Of a stretch of DNA of 64,000 nucleotides, positions 61,033-64,000 are shown piece after piece. The DNA lies in contig RSEE01000008.1 of assembly GCA_003971905.1 (NCBI GenBank), forward strand, positions 186,001 through 250,000, given 5' to 3'. The position numbers were made by a program, and so were the translations under genes. The notes below the pieces were generated by a model, which had not been told where the DNA came from, ran no database searches, and worked only from the letters and a program-made list of their open reading frames with translations. This DNA is from Moniliella sp. 'wahieum' (lineage: Eukaryota). Positions within the stretch are counted from its first letter, which is position 1. Each line of letters starts with the position of its first letter.

Positions 61033-64000
61033 ATGCTGCTCAAAGACGCACTCAAGTCCGGCGGTCAGAGCCTCCTCGCCCTCGGCCCCGATCGCGACCG
61101 CGACGCCCGCGATGGCATCGACCACCTCCCCACTCCAGCCGGCGCCGCCGCCCCGCCGCTGCTTCCATCGCCTCCGCCTCCCACGCTCCTGCTCCCGCCC
61201 CCGCCCCCGCTCCCGCCCCCCCTTCCGCCCATTCTCCTGTCCCCGCCCCCTCCGCCCCCGTCGCTCCTGCATCCACGTCCACATCCACCCCAGCCTCCTC
61301 CTTCAGCGGCAGCTGGCGTGACTTTGACTGGATCCGCCGCGGCACCTCCGCCTTCTCCAAAAAGAGCCGCCTCTCTGGCGCCTCTGGCCAGGGAAGCACA
61401 CGCCCCACCTCGGGCCCGCTGCCCAGCTCCCGCTCCCGCCTCACTGTGCCCCATCGCACCGCCGGCGTGCCTTCCCCCAGCGCCTCGCCCTCGAGCGTGA
61501 CCCAGTCCCTCACTCCGCTCCCCCCTCGCTCCTCCTCGGCCAGCCACCCTTCCCCCACTCCGACACCTGCCTCTGCCTCTGCCTCTGCCTCTGCCTCTTC
61601 CCATAGCTTGGAGAAGGAGAGGCACAAGCATCATCACCATCACCATCACCATCACCACCCCCAGGCCCCTGGCCAACCCCGCACTTCCCGCCACGACTCT
61701 CATCATCACACCCGCCGTCGCAGTCAATCCACCACCGATGCTTCGCTGGCCGAGCGTGTGTCTACTGATGGCCGGCTGGACGATGACGACTTGTCCCCGC
61801 GTCCATCGATCACTAGTCAGTTCAACACCAGGTCCCACTCGTACCGTTCATCCAGCACCCGTTCCCCACCGCCTTCCTTCCGCTCGTCGCTCAAGGCGAG
61901 TACCGATTCGCCTCGACCCACGCCTGTGCTTGACCTTCCGGCCCCTACCCCTGGCCCCCCGCGGTGGCAAAAGGTTAGCATCTGCAACCCCCTCGGCCGG
62001 CTCTTCTTCGCTTTCACCACCCGGTACAGTCGCGGATTCTGCTCACTCTTCCACCACCGCATCGACGCTTAACCCACGCAGTCGTCGTGCCTCGGCCCGG
62101 GTCGCTCGCTCCCGCATCGAGCGTTCTACTGCCTTGGCGGTCGACCACGACGAGGCAAACTATGGGGGAGGTCCTGAGTTGGACCCGAGTACGCCTGAAA
62201 GCCAACGCCATTCGCTCACCAATTCTTCCGGTCGCAACTCCTCCCGCCCTACCACGGGTGGATCGGGGTGGCGAGTCGAGCCGTCTGGCTTGAGTGGCGT
62301 GGCGCGCTTGCGTTCCTCTGCTCACGAAGCAGTTGCCAATGGCACGTACTACTCGGATGCCGAACTTGAGACGAACCGCAGCGGATCCCCACGCCCGTCT
62401 AGCAGTCTACGTCCCAGCTCGGGCATGGATCGGCAGTTGGGTCAAGAGGGTGATCCAGAAGTGTCTCACTGGGGTGGGGCTCCCTCGGCTACAACTCTTG
62501 ACTTGGCTCAGTTCGATTCCCAGGGCATCATGGCAGTCCCTACGTTTGGGCGCAGCCAGGACAGCCTTTCTTCTTCCTGTAGCTCTTCATCTTCCTCCTC
62601 TTCTTCTGGCTCTGTTGATGGGGACGGTAAGACGAAACGCCTGAGTCATGCCCTTACTGAGACCGGTTCACCTCGTCTGGGCCGGGTGGAAACCACGCTT
62701 TCGGGTGATGCAACCACTCAGCCTCACGATTCGGACGAAGACGATGGTCCCGATGAGCCCGAGCACACCCTGTCGAACCAGAGCTCAGCTTCGACACTGG
62801 CTCTTCGGCCGCGAGGCGGGGGCGCCCCTCTTTCGGCTCTGCAAGCGCTAGCTCACCCTGCCCCCATACGGGATCTAACTTTGCGTCGCGCTTCAAGGCG
62901 GCCCGTGCCAGTACCCAAGTCGATGCCCAGGGCTTGACAGAGAAAGCTTCGGTTACCACGTTGACCGGTGCCCCCTGGGTCTCTTCCTCGCCTGTCGCCC
63001 AAGGATTTCCCGCGTCTTCGATGGAGCCTTTACGCGCTTCCTCTAGCCAAGCTAATCCCGCCTCAACGGGGGGCAGAGAGCGCAGCGGAAGTCGGTCCAC
63101 ACGCTCCAGCATGTTGGACGAAGATGGGGTTCGCACCATGGGTATTGCTGTGGTGGGGCAGCACAATGTAGGGAAATCGTCCGTCATCCGAAAAGGTCTC
63201 CGTCAATATGGCCTCTCGCGCCCGACGGTGGTGAGCGACAAGATTAAAGCCTATGCTATCCGCTGTGTCTTGGATCAGCCTACCGCGGAGAACATTCGGG
63301 TTTTGGAACTCGACTCGGCTGCGTTTGTCGCAGCCTCAGGCACAGAACTCGCTTGGCCCGCCGATTTGGCTGACTTGGACCGTCCCGGTCACGGCAAGAT
63401 TGAGGGTGCTGTTATTTGCTACGATGCTGGCTACCTGCCATCGCTCAAGGGTGTCCCTGAGCTACTTGGTATGTTGTTTTGACCTGCTTGTTGGACTCTT
63501 GCTAACGTATTCCCTCAGAATTCTTCCACAAGGCGCATATCCCCACTATCGTCTTGGCGTGCAAATCGGACATTCCTGCCAAGGCCATCGATCCGTTTTT
63601 GGTGCGCGAGTTGGCATCCAAGTTTGCCGCTCGTTTGACCGAGTGCACAACTGCCTTGCCGCCGCCTGGTGCGGCTGCTGCTGGGATGGGAGAAGAAAAC
63701 AAGAAACGGTTAAGAGATGCTTTCCAGTACCTGTTGCGTTCCATGAGCCAAGCTCGGGTGCAACGCGCTGATTTGGAACTTGGGTACGCTACGGCCACCG
63801 TTCGGCACCGCCACCATCACCAGCCCAATTTGCCCTCCACCTCCACTTCCGCTGTCAAGGACACTTCTCGGCACAGGTCCGGATCTGCGTCGCAGGCTGC
63901 CTTGAGCTTACTCCCTACCGCGGGCGGAGGGATGCTGGACCCGGAAGAACTGGCCCCTGCCGAACGTGAACGGATTCAAGAGGAAGAGCAAGCTGCTGGT
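61033..64000 (+). CDS. Large protein with a long S/P-rich N-terminus and an atypical Ras-like P-loop domain (probably the basidiomycete Ras-like/RasGEF fusion); continues beyond the window
   Basis: IAVVGQHNVGKSSVIRKGL (G1), VLELDS, IEGAVICYDA...SLKGVPELL, intron 63469-63518, then EFFHKAHIPTIVLACKSD (G4-like). The GEF domain is not within the window. Confidence 0.75.

Noticed and set aside
1..64000. Frameshifts in nearly every gene, read as mass pseudogenisation or programmed frameshifting
   Set aside because: They hit conserved housekeeping genes (UPF1, CCR4, APC4, SKI3) whose residues are otherwise intact, and often fall at homopolymers. Uncorrected long-read indels explain this better.

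Overview
GC-rich, intron-containing eukaryotic DNA. The gene content and GT(A/G)(C/A)GT...CTRAC...YAG introns suggest a basidiomycete fungus, probably smut-related (inference). Almost every conserved gene is split across reading frames by small indels. These are best read as long-read consensus errors, so CDS ends are approximate. Recognisable genes, in order: UPF1 (3' part), CCR4, tRNA-Thr(CGT), ER FKBP, an F-box/WD40 protein, intron-containing tRNA-Glu(TTC), QCR9, a Zn2Cys6 factor, ISC1-like phospholipase C, secretory lipase, Kin4-like kinase, ARO8-like aminotransferase, SKI3, U2 snRNA, a bZIP factor, probable MED16, APC4, and a large protein with an atypical Ras-like domain. Transposon relics are interspersed (gag-type zinc knuckle duplicate, Mutator-like pieces, CRE-like retroposon 3' end). 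The most unusual signal is non-coding. Intergenic DNA repeatedly carries arrays in which a fixed triplet (TGA/TCA, sometimes TAA or TAG) recurs every 7 bp while the 4-bp spacer changes, mostly among palindromes (AGCT, TCGA, CTAG, ACGT, GCGC, CATG). Two 13-14-mers built on this rule recur exactly at distant loci.
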